33,260 nucleotides of DNA, taken from positions 1 to 33,260 of IMG/VR virus record IMGVR_UViG_3300010222_000172; one strand, given 5' to 3'. The stretch's first letter is position 1. The number at the start of each line of letters is the position of its first letter. Both the position numbers and the translations under genes were made by a program. The stretch comes from a virus. Taxonomy: Duplodnaviria; Caudoviricetes. The notes below the pieces were generated by a model. The model made no database searches, was not told where the DNA came from, and worked only from the letters and a program-made list of their open reading frames with translations. Of this stretch, positions 8,051 to 16,609 are shown piece by piece.

Positions 8051-9328
8051 TTAGAGTCCTCGCTTGGCCGTGTCGTCCCGACCGAGGCGGCCGGTCGAGC
8101 GGCTGATCTCTCGCCCATCCAGGTAGACGGGCGGGGCCGATGTCGAGACCCGGACGTTGCTGCTGTCGTCGCTGCCGTCGTCGGCCGCGCCGGCGACCTG
8201 GACGGCCGACGAGCGCACCCGGTCAAGGCCGCCGGCCATGCCGTCGGCGAAGGTCTCAACGAACGCCGGGCCCGTCTCGTCAAGGTCGCTCAGCGGGCCC
8301 TTGTCCGCCGGCGACCCCGGGAGGTGCGCTCGAGCCTCAGCGGCGACCTCGCCCGCCGCGTCGGCGATGTCGTCGCGCATCGATATAATCCCCGACACGA
8401 ACTCCCTGATGAGTTTGCGACCGAACCCGAAAGCTCGGTCGATGAAGCCGCCGATGATGTCGCCGACTCTGGAGATGGTCCGATCCCATGCACCGGTGAA
8501 GATACTCAGCGCCTCTTTTGCGTTCTCGACCGCCCGGTCAATCCCCTCGCTCAAGCTGCCGCCCAGAACGCCCAACACGAAGCCAGAGATAGCGGCGCCG
8601 ATGGCGGCGAGCGGGCCGAGGACGAGACTGAGAACTGCCAACATTCCGTCCCTGACTGCTGCGGGGAGAGCTTCCCCGATGGCTGCCCCCAGGCTCCGGA
8701 CGGCGTCAAGGACGCTAAAAAACTCGAGAGCGCCAACAACGACCAGACCGATGAGGGCTCCAAGCGCGCCGGCGGCAAGGAGGCTCCCGGAAACGAGGGT
8801 GGCGAGCGTGCCAGCAAAGGACTTCAGCGCGCTGAGAGCCGCCCCGAGCGCGCCGCTGACGGTGAGGCTCGGAAGGGCTAACCCAATGGACGCGATAGCG
8901 CCTGCCACGATGCCGGCCACCGAAGCGACCGTTCCGAGGACGCCTACGAGCGTCCCCCCTGCCCCATCGGCCTTGAAGAAGGCGTCAGCGACCTTGAAAA
9001 GCGCATCCGTAATCGGGACCAGTGCCGGTCTGAGGAGGGAGTCCATTTGGTAGGCGACCGAAGAGACGATGGCGCTCAGGCCGGCCATCGCTTCGCCCAC
9101 GACCGGCACCTTCGAGAGGAGGCCCGCAGCGGCGATTGACAAGGCCGAAACGAGGGCAGTCATGGCGCCGCGCCACTTCTGGCTGAAGCCCTCCATCTCA
9201 TCGGCCGACTCGCCGACGGCATCGGCCGTATCCTCAAAGCCCGCTTCGGTCTCGTCAAGGGCCTCCTGTGTCTCGTCGGCCCCCTCCGGATTCAGTGCAA
9301 CAGCAAGCTCGTAGCTCTCATCAGACAT
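8051..9328 (-). CDS. Tape measure protein (short, 425 aa)
   Basis: Ala/Gly/Leu-rich amphipathic and hydrophobic helices. C-terminal LPGSPADKGPLSDL and VYLDGREI motifs are typical of tape measure proteins. Confidence 0.85.
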   Translation of the reverse strand: MSDESYELAVALNPEGADETQEALDETEAGFEDTADAVGESADEMEGFSQKWRGAMTALVSALSIAAAGLLSKVPVVGEAMAGLSAIVSSVAYQMDSLLRPALVPITDALFKVADAFFKADGAGGTLVGVLGTVASVAGIVAGAIASIGLALPSLTVSGALGAALSALKSFAGTLATLVSGSLLAAGALGALIGLVVVGALEFFSVLDAVRSLGAAIGEALPAAVRDGMLAVLSLVLGPLAAIGAAISGFVLGVLGGSLSEGIDRAVENAKEALSIFTGAWDRTISRVGDIIGGFIDRAFGFGRKLIREFVSGIISMRDDIADAAGEVAAEARAHLPGSPADKGPLSDLDETGPAFVETFADGMAGGLDRVRSSAVQVAGAADDGSDDSSNVRVSTSAPPVYLDGREISRSTGRLGRDDTAKRGL

Positions 9329-9376
9329 CTTAGGTCACCCGAATTATTTTATTCTTAGCTAGGTTGTGGTTCATGT

Positions 9377-9598
9377 ATGTCCTCTACAGTTCGGCGTGTC
9401 GTCGCCGGGCCGCTTCTCTTGGCCAGCGTGGTGCTGGGGGTACTCGCGCTCCGCGGCTGGGTCCAGTATACCCTCGGCGGCGCCAGCGTGTACGACATCT
9501 ATCAGACGCTCTGGTACTCAATTGGTATGATCGTCGCACTGGTTCTCGGGTTCTTCGTCGCCCCCAGCGAGCTTGCGCCAGATTCAGCCGACTCGTAG
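9377..9598 (+). CDS. Small two-helix membrane protein (moron)
   Basis: 73 aa with two hydrophobic helices. TTTTATT TATA-like box about 24 nt upstream. Antisense to the late operon. Confidence 0.75.
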   Translation: MSSTVRRVVAGPLLLASVVLGVLALRGWVQYTLGGASVYDIYQTLWYSIGMIVALVLGFFVAPSELAPDSADS

Positions 9599-9916
9599 CT
9601 GTCCGCCGGCAAACAGTCAGTCGGCTAGTTGCGGTCGGAGTGGGGTGCTCTCCCACGTGCTACGTCAGAAATCGTCGTCAGACTCGGACCCGGTATCACC
9701 CTCTGGGAGATCAATATCGGTGATGCAGCGAGTATAGCAGGCAATAAATCGACTGCGCTCCTGATCTGGTGACCCAGCTACTCCACGGCGCTGCCGGTCA
9801 AGATACTCTATAGCACACTTAATGAGACAGTATACGAAGAGTTCCCGACCGAAATCATCGTTGAGTGGTTAGAGCAGCACAACAGAGGTACCGCCTAACC
9901 TTGGCCTACTGAACAG

Positions 9917-10060
9917 CTACTCTTCCTCTTCGTCAAGAAGTTTTTGGATTTTCTCGTATTCGTCTCTCGAAATGATCGACGAGGGAGTTTCCAACCCAGT
10001 GTTCACTGCTCGACGCAGATTTGACAGGGAGTCTCGCTTCTGTTCACTCTCGGATCTCAT
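9917..10060 (-). CDS. 47-aa acidic peptide downstream of the proteasome-like gene
   Basis: MRSESEQKRDSLSNLRRAVNTGLETPSSIISRDEYEKIQKLLDEEEE; starts 9 nt after the upstream stop. Confidence 0.5.
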   Translation of the reverse strand: MRSESEQKRDSLSNLRRAVNTGLETPSSIISRDEYEKIQKLLDEEEE

Positions 10061-10069
10061 GTTCGTGTG

Positions 10070-10894
10070 TTAGGAGTCAAAGTTATAATCTTTTTCGTCC
10101 AGCACGGATCCACGGGCTTCCTGTTCGGCGTCAGATACATCTTCATGTATGTCTCTTAATTCGCCTATGTCCTCACATTGGTCAATACTTCCTCTTGATA
10201 ATACAGAAATATCCATTTCTCTCCCTACTCCCTGAGCACGCTCAGACTGGATCTTGGCATCCATAACTGCTAGCAAAGCGTCGTCAACGGAGTATTCATC
10301 ATTATATCGAGCCCGAATAAAAGCTGAATTAGCCGGTTCAGCTCCCATTCCAACACAGTGGTAGCCGATTGAATCAAAACGAGCCATATCTCCACCTTGG
10401 ATTGAATATATGTGCGCACCAGAATCATCAACGCCAGCGATTAATATATTAAGTGAGCTTTCAACTTTATTTTGTATTTCCAACATGTCTTGGTATATCC
10501 CTTGAGCAATCTGAGGATTTAATTGTTGTTGTCCATTATTAAAGGACTCTCTGGTGAACCCATTTGGTTTGAGAACTTGCCGCTCTATCGTCTCTTTTAG
10601 CATATCGTGATATGAATCCACCCCGTATTCGACTACTTCTCGAACCGAACTTATAGGATTGTTGTCAATATATCCTCCTATCTTATAGAACATATCATCA
10701 GCCAGTGATAGAGAGCCAGCAGCAACGCCCATTACGGTGATCTCATCCTCAACGAACACCGTTTCCATCTTGCTGTTTGTATGTTCGTACTCTATTCTTG
10801 CAGCTATTCCTGTAGTCACCAATCTATCAGCTGCAAGAATAATTCTGGGTTGATCTTGTTCCGATTCACAGACAGCAGCAATACCGACGGTCAT
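10070..10894 (-). CDS. Proteasome beta-subunit-like Ntn-hydrolase (274 aa)
   Basis: M-TVGIAAV, ILAADRLVT, SK, AAGSLSLAD, LIAGVDDSGAHIYSI, CVGMGA and GVG follow the 20S beta/HslV motif order. Low GC. Confidence 0.85.
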   Translation of the reverse strand: MTVGIAAVCESEQDQPRIILAADRLVTTGIAARIEYEHTNSKMETVFVEDEITVMGVAAGSLSLADDMFYKIGGYIDNNPISSVREVVEYGVDSYHDMLKETIERQVLKPNGFTRESFNNGQQQLNPQIAQGIYQDMLEIQNKVESSLNILIAGVDDSGAHIYSIQGGDMARFDSIGYHCVGMGAEPANSAFIRARYNDEYSVDDALLAVMDAKIQSERAQGVGREMDISVLSRGSIDQCEDIGELRDIHEDVSDAEQEARGSVLDEKDYNFDS

Positions 10895-10918
10895 ATACGA
10901 CAATATTTGCTACCGATA

Positions 10919-10925
10919 TTATAAA
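10919..10925. promoter_or_regulatory. Candidate bidirectional TATA box for two leaderless genes
   Basis: TTATAAA/TTTATAA lies about 25 nt from ATG 10894 (-) and about 25 nt from ATG 10951 (+). Confidence 0.6.
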
Positions 10926-10950
10926 CGTTGTCCGGTCAGTCGCCGACCGG

Positions 10951-11103
10951 ATGCAGCTACTCGCCGAGTACCGTCGTGAGGCCGGGAGTAGGTTCCCGTG
11001 GCACGGTACCGTTAATGAGTTCCTGAGCGTGCTCGCCGAACCGCTCGACGAAGGCGGTGAGGAAGTGCGCCCGCAGTGGGTTGACGACTTCGGCGCGGAC
11101 TAA
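10951..11103 (+). CDS. 50-aa hypothetical protein or 3' gene remnant
   Basis: MQLLAEYRREAGSRFPWHGTVNEFLSVLAEPLDEGGEEVRPQWVDDFGAD; halophile-like codons; its stop abuts the convergent stop at 11104. Confidence 0.55.
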   Translation: MQLLAEYRREAGSRFPWHGTVNEFLSVLAEPLDEGGEEVRPQWVDDFGAD

Positions 11104-11342
11104 CTACCCGCCGAAGTACCCATCGAACAGCTTCTGGAGGATGTCGAACAACGCCTCCCAGCGCTCGTTCTCTCGGGTTTCTGCTTCGACCGCAGCGCGA
11201 ACGGCGAAGATAGCCTCAGGGTCGCCCCCCGGTACTTATACAGCATATCAGCGGGCGACATATCCATGCTCTTAGATGCCTCCCAAATCGCCTGTCCCCG
11301 CCCCGATTCCGCGAAGTGACCTATCGCCTTCGCCCGTTTCCC
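11104..11342 (-). CDS. Tail assembly chaperone frameshift extension (gpGT-like), with a second frame break at the G6 run 11225-11230
   Basis: -1 frame from G GGA AAC reads KRAKAIGHFAESGRGQAIWEA...YKYRG. The protein-like continuation DPEAIFAVRAAVEAETRENERWEALFDILQKLFDGYFGG* lies in another frame. Confidence 0.65.
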
Positions 11343-11791
11343 AGCGACTCCGCGTTCTCGGTCGCCGGGGCCGTGATGCGGTCGATCATCTCGCCCAGCC
11401 AATGGGTTCCCTTCTTCTCGTACGCCGCCGCCCACGTATCCGCCGAGTCGTAGCCATCAGTCTCGCACATCCCGGCGAGCGCCTCACAGTTCACGGCGGC
11501 GATCTCCTCGATGGGGGCGTCCTCCTGTTCGAGCTGCTCGATGCGCTCCAGTCGGTGCTCGACGTCCACCGGGATTCGGGTCTTGACCTCCAGTTCAAGT
11601 CCGCTCGGGAACTCGACGGTCTCGGTCTCGGCGGACTCCTCGGCCTCTTCGAGCAGGGCGCTGACGGCTTCTTGCTCCTGCTCGGCCAGCTCTTGGAGGC
11701 GCTCCTCGAAGCGCGCTTCGACCTGTTCGTTGTAGGCCTCCGCATCGGCGTCGCCCTCGAGAACGTCTTCGACGGCGATGTCGTCGGACAT
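11321..11791 (-). CDS. Tail assembly chaperone (gpG-like)
   Basis: Very acidic, directly after the tail tube gene, ends just past an in-phase slippery heptamer. Confidence 0.8.
   Translation of the reverse strand: MSDDIAVEDVLEGDADAEAYNEQVEARFEERLQELAEQEQEAVSALLEEAEESAETETVEFPSGLELEVKTRIPVDVEHRLERIEQLEQEDAPIEEIAAVNCEALAGMCETDGYDSADTWAAAYEKKGTHWLGEMIDRITAPATENAESLGNGRRR
11336..11342 (-). promoter_or_regulatory. -1 ribosomal frameshift slippery site G GGA AAC
   Basis: X XXY YYZ heptamer in the correct phase (CTG GGA AAC), shortly before the stop; -1 frame is open. Confidence 0.8.
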
Positions 11792-12273
11792 CAGGCGACC
11801 GCCGCCTTGGTGAGTTCGACGCCGTCGCCGCGCCCAGAGAGATCGTGCTCGTTGTACTCACCTTCGGCGAGGTCGATGAGCGGCATCTCCTCGAAGTGGA
11901 CATTGTCGACGACGGCCTTCAGCGACTCGTCGCCGGTCGAGTTGGTGTGGTCGGTCATGTTCTGCTCGAGCGTGACGGTGTACTCGGCGACGTTTGAGTC
12001 GTCGACGACGGTGGTACTGGTGCTGCTTCCCGACCCGTCGAGCCAATACTGTGCGAGTTCCTCGTTGAACTCGACGATGGTCATCTCAACGGAGACCGCC
12101 ACTTCCCGGCGCTTGACGTCCTCGCGCGTGACCTGGTCAGTCGTGAACAGTTCGTTGTGACTCGCCTCCCCCATGATGGAGACGTTCCGGACCTTCCCGG
12201 CCGTCAGTTCGGTGCCGTTGATTTCGATCTTGAACGTGGCGATGTCATCGCCGTAGTACCTGTTACTCGGCAT
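11791..12273 (-). CDS. Major tail tube protein
   Basis: 160 aa, beta-rich, between neck genes and chaperones. Confidence 0.75.
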   Translation of the reverse strand: MPSNRYYGDDIATFKIEINGTELTAGKVRNVSIMGEASHNELFTTDQVTREDVKRREVAVSVEMTIVEFNEELAQYWLDGSGSSTSTTVVDDSNVAEYTVTLEQNMTDHTNSTGDESLKAVVDNVHFEEMPLIDLAEGEYNEHDLSGRGDGVELTKAAVA

Positions 12274-12341
12274 CTATGCGTCCCCCGTCGTAAGCGTCTG
12301 GTCGATACGATACTGTCGGTGCTGTCGGTGAGTTGCTGTCA

Positions 12342-12602
12342 TCATCGGTATAGGGTCGTCCAGTCGTCGGCGGGTGCGCCGTGGTCGTCCATCGCGTGCT
12401 GTCGGGCCGCCGACTCCCCGGTCAGCACGGCGCCGCAGCCCCGACACTCGTACTCGTCGACGTGCTCGTCGTCGCCGTCGCCGCCGTCGCTATCGAGGCG
12501 CTCGAGTTCTTGCCGGATGGCGCGGAGTTCGCCGGCGATGACGAGCAGCGCCTCGACGACGGGGTCGTTGGATGTCTGCTCCGAGTCACGGTCGGGGGTC
12601 AC
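12342..12602 (-). CDS. Small C2H2 zinc-finger protein
   Basis: YECRGCG...ARQHAMDDH; GTGA-coupled start. Confidence 0.75.
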   Translation of the reverse strand: MTPDRDSEQTSNDPVVEALLVIAGELRAIRQELERLDSDGGDGDDEHVDEYECRGCGAVLTGESAARQHAMDDHGAPADDWTTLYR

Positions 12603-13045
12603 GGCGATCCCCCTCCACCAAGTTCGCCATCGATGTACGGCGACAGGCCGCGCTGGCGGAGTTCCTTCGCCATCGCCTCGAAGCCGGGCTGCATGAACGG
12701 CTGCGGCTCGGTCCCTGGGTGGTCGACGCGGTCGGCGAAGACGGGCTCGCCGTCGTCGCCCTCGAAGACCAAGACATCCGCTTCGTCCGGCATGATGGGG
12801 TGGGGTTCCGTGCCACCTTCGACCGGGATAGCGTGGTCGGCGGTGTAGCGGAACGTCACCTCGCCCGGTGTCTCCTCGACGACCAACTCGCCGCTGTCTT
12901 GCAGCTCGCCCGTGTCGACCGGGACGGCCTCCTGTGAGCGCTCGAACCCGCGGATAGCAGCGTCGATGAGCCCCTGGTCAACAGCGCCGATGACCCGGTC
13001 GCCGACGTCGTCCATGTCCTCGGCGGAGACCGTGACGCTGATCAT
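12599..13045 (-). CDS. HK97 gp10-like tail completion protein
   Basis: VPVDTGELQDS, VEGGT and HPGTEPQPFMQPG motifs. Confidence 0.85.
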   Translation of the reverse strand: MISVTVSAEDMDDVGDRVIGAVDQGLIDAAIRGFERSQEAVPVDTGELQDSGELVVEETPGEVTFRYTADHAIPVEGGTEPHPIMPDEADVLVFEGDDGEPVFADRVDHPGTEPQPFMQPGFEAMAKELRQRGLSPYIDGELGGGGSP

Positions 13046-13566
13046 CAGGTGCGCTCTCCGATGTACCGCAACTCGAAGTCGGCCGCGAAGGACTGGGCGT
13101 ACTGCCGACTGGCGGAGTCTTGGTTCTCGACCTGCACGCGGACAAAGGTCGCCGGGTCCAGATCGCCGACATCAAGGGTGAACCGGTTCGACCGGAACAC
13201 CTGAATAATGTCGTCGACCAGCTGGTCGAACTCGGCAGCCGTGTCGATACCGCCATACTGGTTGCTGTGGCCGGCCGAGACCTCCACTTCGACAACCGCC
13301 TCAACGCGGTCGACCCCGACACCAGTCTGCGTTCGCGTCCGGGTGCCGGCGCCAGCCGCGACGAAGTTGCCATCCTGAAGATCGGCCTCGATGGCGTTTC
13401 GAACGCGGTTGCCGAAGCTGTCGCCGAACGACAGCCCGAACCCCGGGCCGTCCTCGAGGATAACCGTATCGTCGAGGTCGATGCGCTTCAGGTCGTCCGG
13501 GTAGGTGCCGTTCCAGTCGGTCCCGATGGTCGCCAGCGTGTACTCGACGAGCGTCACGTGCGTCAC
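13045..13566 (-). CDS. Neck/tail-terminator-like virion protein
   Basis: 173 aa, coupled between the adaptor and the gp10-like gene. Function inferred from position only. Confidence 0.55.
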   Translation of the reverse strand: MTHVTLVEYTLATIGTDWNGTYPDDLKRIDLDDTVILEDGPGFGLSFGDSFGNRVRNAIEADLQDGNFVAAGAGTRTRTQTGVGVDRVEAVVEVEVSAGHSNQYGGIDTAAEFDQLVDDIIQVFRSNRFTLDVGDLDPATFVRVQVENQDSASRQYAQSFAADFELRYIGERT

Positions 13567-14444
13567 GCCCCCTCGCGGAACGGGTCGAGAATCTCTTCGT
13601 CGACGACATCCTGGCCGAGCTTCTGGACGCCCGTCTGGCCCCAGCGTTGGGCCTTCGTCTCCAGGCTCGTCAACTGCCCGTCGTCGGGGATCGCCGTCAC
13701 GAACTCGTCGTTGAGTACAAGGTCGGCGGCCACCAGATGGGCGACGCCGCGCCGAATCCGCATCGGCACCTCGTCTATCCCGTAGGTGGTGACGGCGTAG
13801 ACAGCGTTCGCAAGCGACGGAATGTCGTCGTCCAGCGCGTGGACATCAATGTTCAGCTCTGAAATACCGCCGTTGTTGAGACGCACCCACGCGTCGGCGC
13901 CGCGGTTCGACAGGCCGACGCCCGTATCGTAGTCGTCGCTTGCGACCCAGTCGTCGTAGGCGCCGCTCTCGTTTAGCACGAGGAGTTCGTCGAGACTCGA
14001 GACATCCCGACGGACGAGGGTGATTCGAGTGTAGGCCGGGGCCGTATCGTCTCGAAGATCCCCAAATGCCAGTCGGATGTCACGCTTCAGCTTGCGACGG
14101 TCGCGGCGACGGCGTTCGCTTCGGGGGTCGGACTCCAGCAGCGCGTCGCTATTCTTCCGGTACTGCAATCGGCGCCGCTCGCTGGCACCGTGGACCTGAC
14201 CACCCTGCCGCGGCAATCCGTATTCGTCGTCGCGGGACTTCGTACCCGACGGGATGACGTTCTGGCTGTCCTCGTCGATGCCGCCGCCGTACCAGTGGCG
14301 CTTCGTCGCCTTCTCAACCGTCGAGGAGATCGCCGCGATCTGGTCGACGACGAGCTGGTTGTTCGACTCCGCGAGCGTACCGCTAAAGTTAGGATCTTGG
14401 AAGACGCGCCGGACGTCGTCAACGGTGCAGTACCCTTCGACCAT
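13563..14444 (-). CDS. Head-tail adaptor (gp6/gp15-like) with a large insertion
   Basis: N-terminal GYCTVDDVR and C-terminal YG.DEVP..IRRGVAHLVAA adaptor motifs. Confidence 0.8.
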   Translation of the reverse strand: MVEGYCTVDDVRRVFQDPNFSGTLAESNNQLVVDQIAAISSTVEKATKRHWYGGGIDEDSQNVIPSGTKSRDDEYGLPRQGGQVHGASERRRLQYRKNSDALLESDPRSERRRRDRRKLKRDIRLAFGDLRDDTAPAYTRITLVRRDVSSLDELLVLNESGAYDDWVASDDYDTGVGLSNRGADAWVRLNNGGISELNIDVHALDDDIPSLANAVYAVTTYGIDEVPMRIRRGVAHLVAADLVLNDEFVTAIPDDGQLTSLETKAQRWGQTGVQKLGQDVVDEEILDPFREGA

Positions 14445-14447
14445 GTG

Positions 14448-14741
14448 TCAGTTCCCCATCAGAGTGATGGTCGCCTGGTCGCCGGCCGAAGCCGTTCCGC
14501 TTGAACACCGGACCCGAACTTCATCTGCGCCACTATCTCTGACGTCGTCGTAATCGGAACTCCCGGAGTAGCTGCTCCCGATGTTCTCGCGCCACGTCCC
14601 CTGCCGGATGCGAGCGTCGAACTCGTAGTCTGCGGCGCCGTCGCCTTCGATGATGAGCGTCAGCGTGTCGGCGCCCTGCAGCTTCAGGGTCACGGTGTTC
14701 CCCGAGTTTTGGATGTCGATTGTCTCTTCCGTCGACGGCAT
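14448..14741 (-). CDS. Small beta-rich virion protein
   Basis: MPSTEETIDIQ..., 97 aa; GGAGG upstream; start moved to 14741. Confidence 0.7.
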   Translation of the reverse strand: MPSTEETIDIQNSGNTVTLKLQGADTLTLIIEGDGAADYEFDARIRQGTWRENIGSSYSGSSDYDDVRDSGADEVRVRCSSGTASAGDQATITLMGN

Positions 14742-14743
14742 GG

Positions 14744-15160
14744 CTATGCCTCCTGCCGGGTTTCGACAGCGTCTTTGACCGTCTCGCTGGTCTCGACCTC
14801 CAGAAGCGTTTCCAGGTGCGCGTCGACGGCGCCAGCCTTGACGAGGTCGGCTCGTTCCTGGTAGTCGCGCTCGAGCCACTCGTCGGCATCGAAGCTGCTG
14901 TCGATATCCCCGCCGGCGTCGTCGGTGACGTCACCGCTCCCGTCGCTCTCGTCGGTCAGCTCCGGCTCAGCGGTGGCCGCATCATCGTTGCCGCCATCCT
15001 CTGTGGCGGCGGTGGCGTCGACGCGCTCGAAGTCGCCGCGCTCCTCACAGAGGTACGCGGCAGTCGCCTCCGAGACATCTGCCCGGTCGCCGCGATCGAA
15101 CTTTCGCCCGGCTTCCCGGACGTACACCCGACCGCCGGATACTTTCTCGACGGTGGGCAT
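14744..15160 (-). CDS. Head-associated acidic protein
   Basis: 138 aa: N-terminal domain, acidic linker and C-terminal helical domain; follows the capsid genes. Confidence 0.7.
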   Translation of the reverse strand: MPTVEKVSGGRVYVREAGRKFDRGDRADVSEATAAYLCEERGDFERVDATAATEDGGNDDAATAEPELTDESDGSGDVTDDAGGDIDSSFDADEWLERDYQERADLVKAGAVDAHLETLLEVETSETVKDAVETRQEA

Positions 15161-15162
15161 GG

Positions 15163-15522
15163 TCAGGCGCTCCCGGTTGCGACGACGGCCCAGCCGCTCG
15201 CGGTGCCGTCGGTGTTGACGAGGGTGGCCGTTGCGCCCTGACTCGTGAGGTCCGCCGGACCCGTCCCGAGGAAGTCAGCATCGTCGAACGACAGCGTCGG
15301 CAGGTTCGAGCCACCGTTGTGGACGACGGTCAGAGTGTGGCTCTCCCGTTCGTTGTTCGAGAGGTCGACGATGTTCGTTCCGTCGGGGTTGATGCGGGCC
15401 AGCCGGGTGTCTTCGGTCGGCGCGACCGACGCGCCGTTGCTGGGCGATAGCGTCTCGGCGTACGATCCATCGCGACCCTCGAAGTGGTCGCGGATACGGG
15501 CATTGGTTGTGGGTTCGGTCAT
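15163..15522 (-). CDS. Putative capsid decoration protein
   Basis: 119 aa, beta-rich, immediately after the major capsid gene. Confidence 0.6.
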   Translation of the reverse strand: MTEPTTNARIRDHFEGRDGSYAETLSPSNGASVAPTEDTRLARINPDGTNIVDLSNNERESHTLTVVHNGGSNLPTLSFDDADFLGTGPADLTSQGATATLVNTDGTASGWAVVATGSA

Positions 15523-15534
15523 GGAGCGGTCCTG

Positions 15535-16599
15535 TTACCCGAGGTTCTTGATGAGGACGCCGCCCTGCATCTGCTTGATCTGGTAGTCGAACTGCCCCTC
15601 GATCCAGTTGCGAGAGTGCAGACGGTTCTCGTGGACCTTGTCTGTGTCCGTGGTCTGGTCGACCTCCATGTTCTCGTAGAGGCCGAAGGCCAGGTTCGCG
15701 GGGTCAGTGAACATCCCGTAGCTGTCCGGCCAGCCGTTGATGCCGACGAGGTCGTACGAGAACGGCGTGATTTCGGAGTCGCCGAAGACGACGGCGCTGC
15801 CGAGGGCGTCCTCGCGCTCGGTCAGCGAGTAGACGTACTCCTGGACCTTGTCCGGGCTCAGCATGAAGACCGGCGAAAAGTCGTCGCTGTTGCGGAACCG
15901 GGAGTCCAGCGCCTGAATCGTGTCGTTGAACATCTTCGTGTCCGGGGGCGCCGACGACATGTCGTACTCCGGCATCGAGGAGGCGTCGGCCGTCGCCGTG
16001 TCCTCGAGCCCGACCCGCGTCGAGTTGCCGTCGTCGCTCTGGGTGTCGTCCTCGGCACGGGCGATCCAGCCGTCCCAGGTGTCGTCGAGCGTGGACGTCG
16101 TGACCGACGAGAAGGAGCTCTGGAGGTCGTCCGACGAGGCGCCGGCGCGGATGCCGATCAGGCCGACGTCGTTGCCCCACCGCTGGATGAACTGGTTGAC
16201 GATGTAGTCGCCGAAGTTGTCCGGGCCCTGGTGCGTGTTCTTCAGGGCGTCCCGGTTCGGCTCTACCAGGATGTAGTAGGACTGGTCGGTCGCGTTGAAC
16301 TTGACGTGGCCGGTGTCGGGCGAACTGTCTGAGGTCCGGCTCGCCTCTTCGGAGCGCTGACCGCCCGAGAGCCGGGGGACGCCGAACTGCGGGACCTCCT
16401 GCTCGAGGCGGACCATCGTCATGGTGTCGACCATCCCGAGGATGGAGACCTCCTTCTGCATCCGCTCGAGGAACTCCTCGGTGACGTCCGACGGCAGCTG
16501 GAAGCCGTCGAGGTCGCTGATGGTGATGTTCTTGTTGTAGTGCAGACTGTTCTGATTCTGCTGTCGAACTGCGTCGATGGTGTTCGTGGTTCCAGACAT
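15535..16599 (-). CDS. Major capsid protein (HK97 fold)
   Basis: 354 aa. GFQLPSDVTEEFLERMQ, FTDPANLAFG and FDYQI motifs; follows the protease/scaffold gene. Confidence 0.88.
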   Translation of the reverse strand: MSGTTNTIDAVRQQNQNSLHYNKNITISDLDGFQLPSDVTEEFLERMQKEVSILGMVDTMTMVRLEQEVPQFGVPRLSGGQRSEEASRTSDSSPDTGHVKFNATDQSYYILVEPNRDALKNTHQGPDNFGDYIVNQFIQRWGNDVGLIGIRAGASSDDLQSSFSSVTTSTLDDTWDGWIARAEDDTQSDDGNSTRVGLEDTATADASSMPEYDMSSAPPDTKMFNDTIQALDSRFRNSDDFSPVFMLSPDKVQEYVYSLTEREDALGSAVVFGDSEITPFSYDLVGINGWPDSYGMFTDPANLAFGLYENMEVDQTTDTDKVHENRLHSRNWIEGQFDYQIKQMQGGVLIKNLG

Positions 16600-16609
16600 G
16601 GGTACTCCG

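Noticed and set aside
7186-8283. Long N-terminal extensions in the ORF track (also 12, 14879, 16668, 22562, 27403, 30105)
   Set aside because: Arg-rich read-through into neighbouring genes; downstream coupled starts fit better.
9600-9900. Short reading frames (e.g. ...VYEEFPTEIIVEWLEQH...)
   Set aside because: No usable start codon and frames are interrupted; probably remnants and cannot be assigned.
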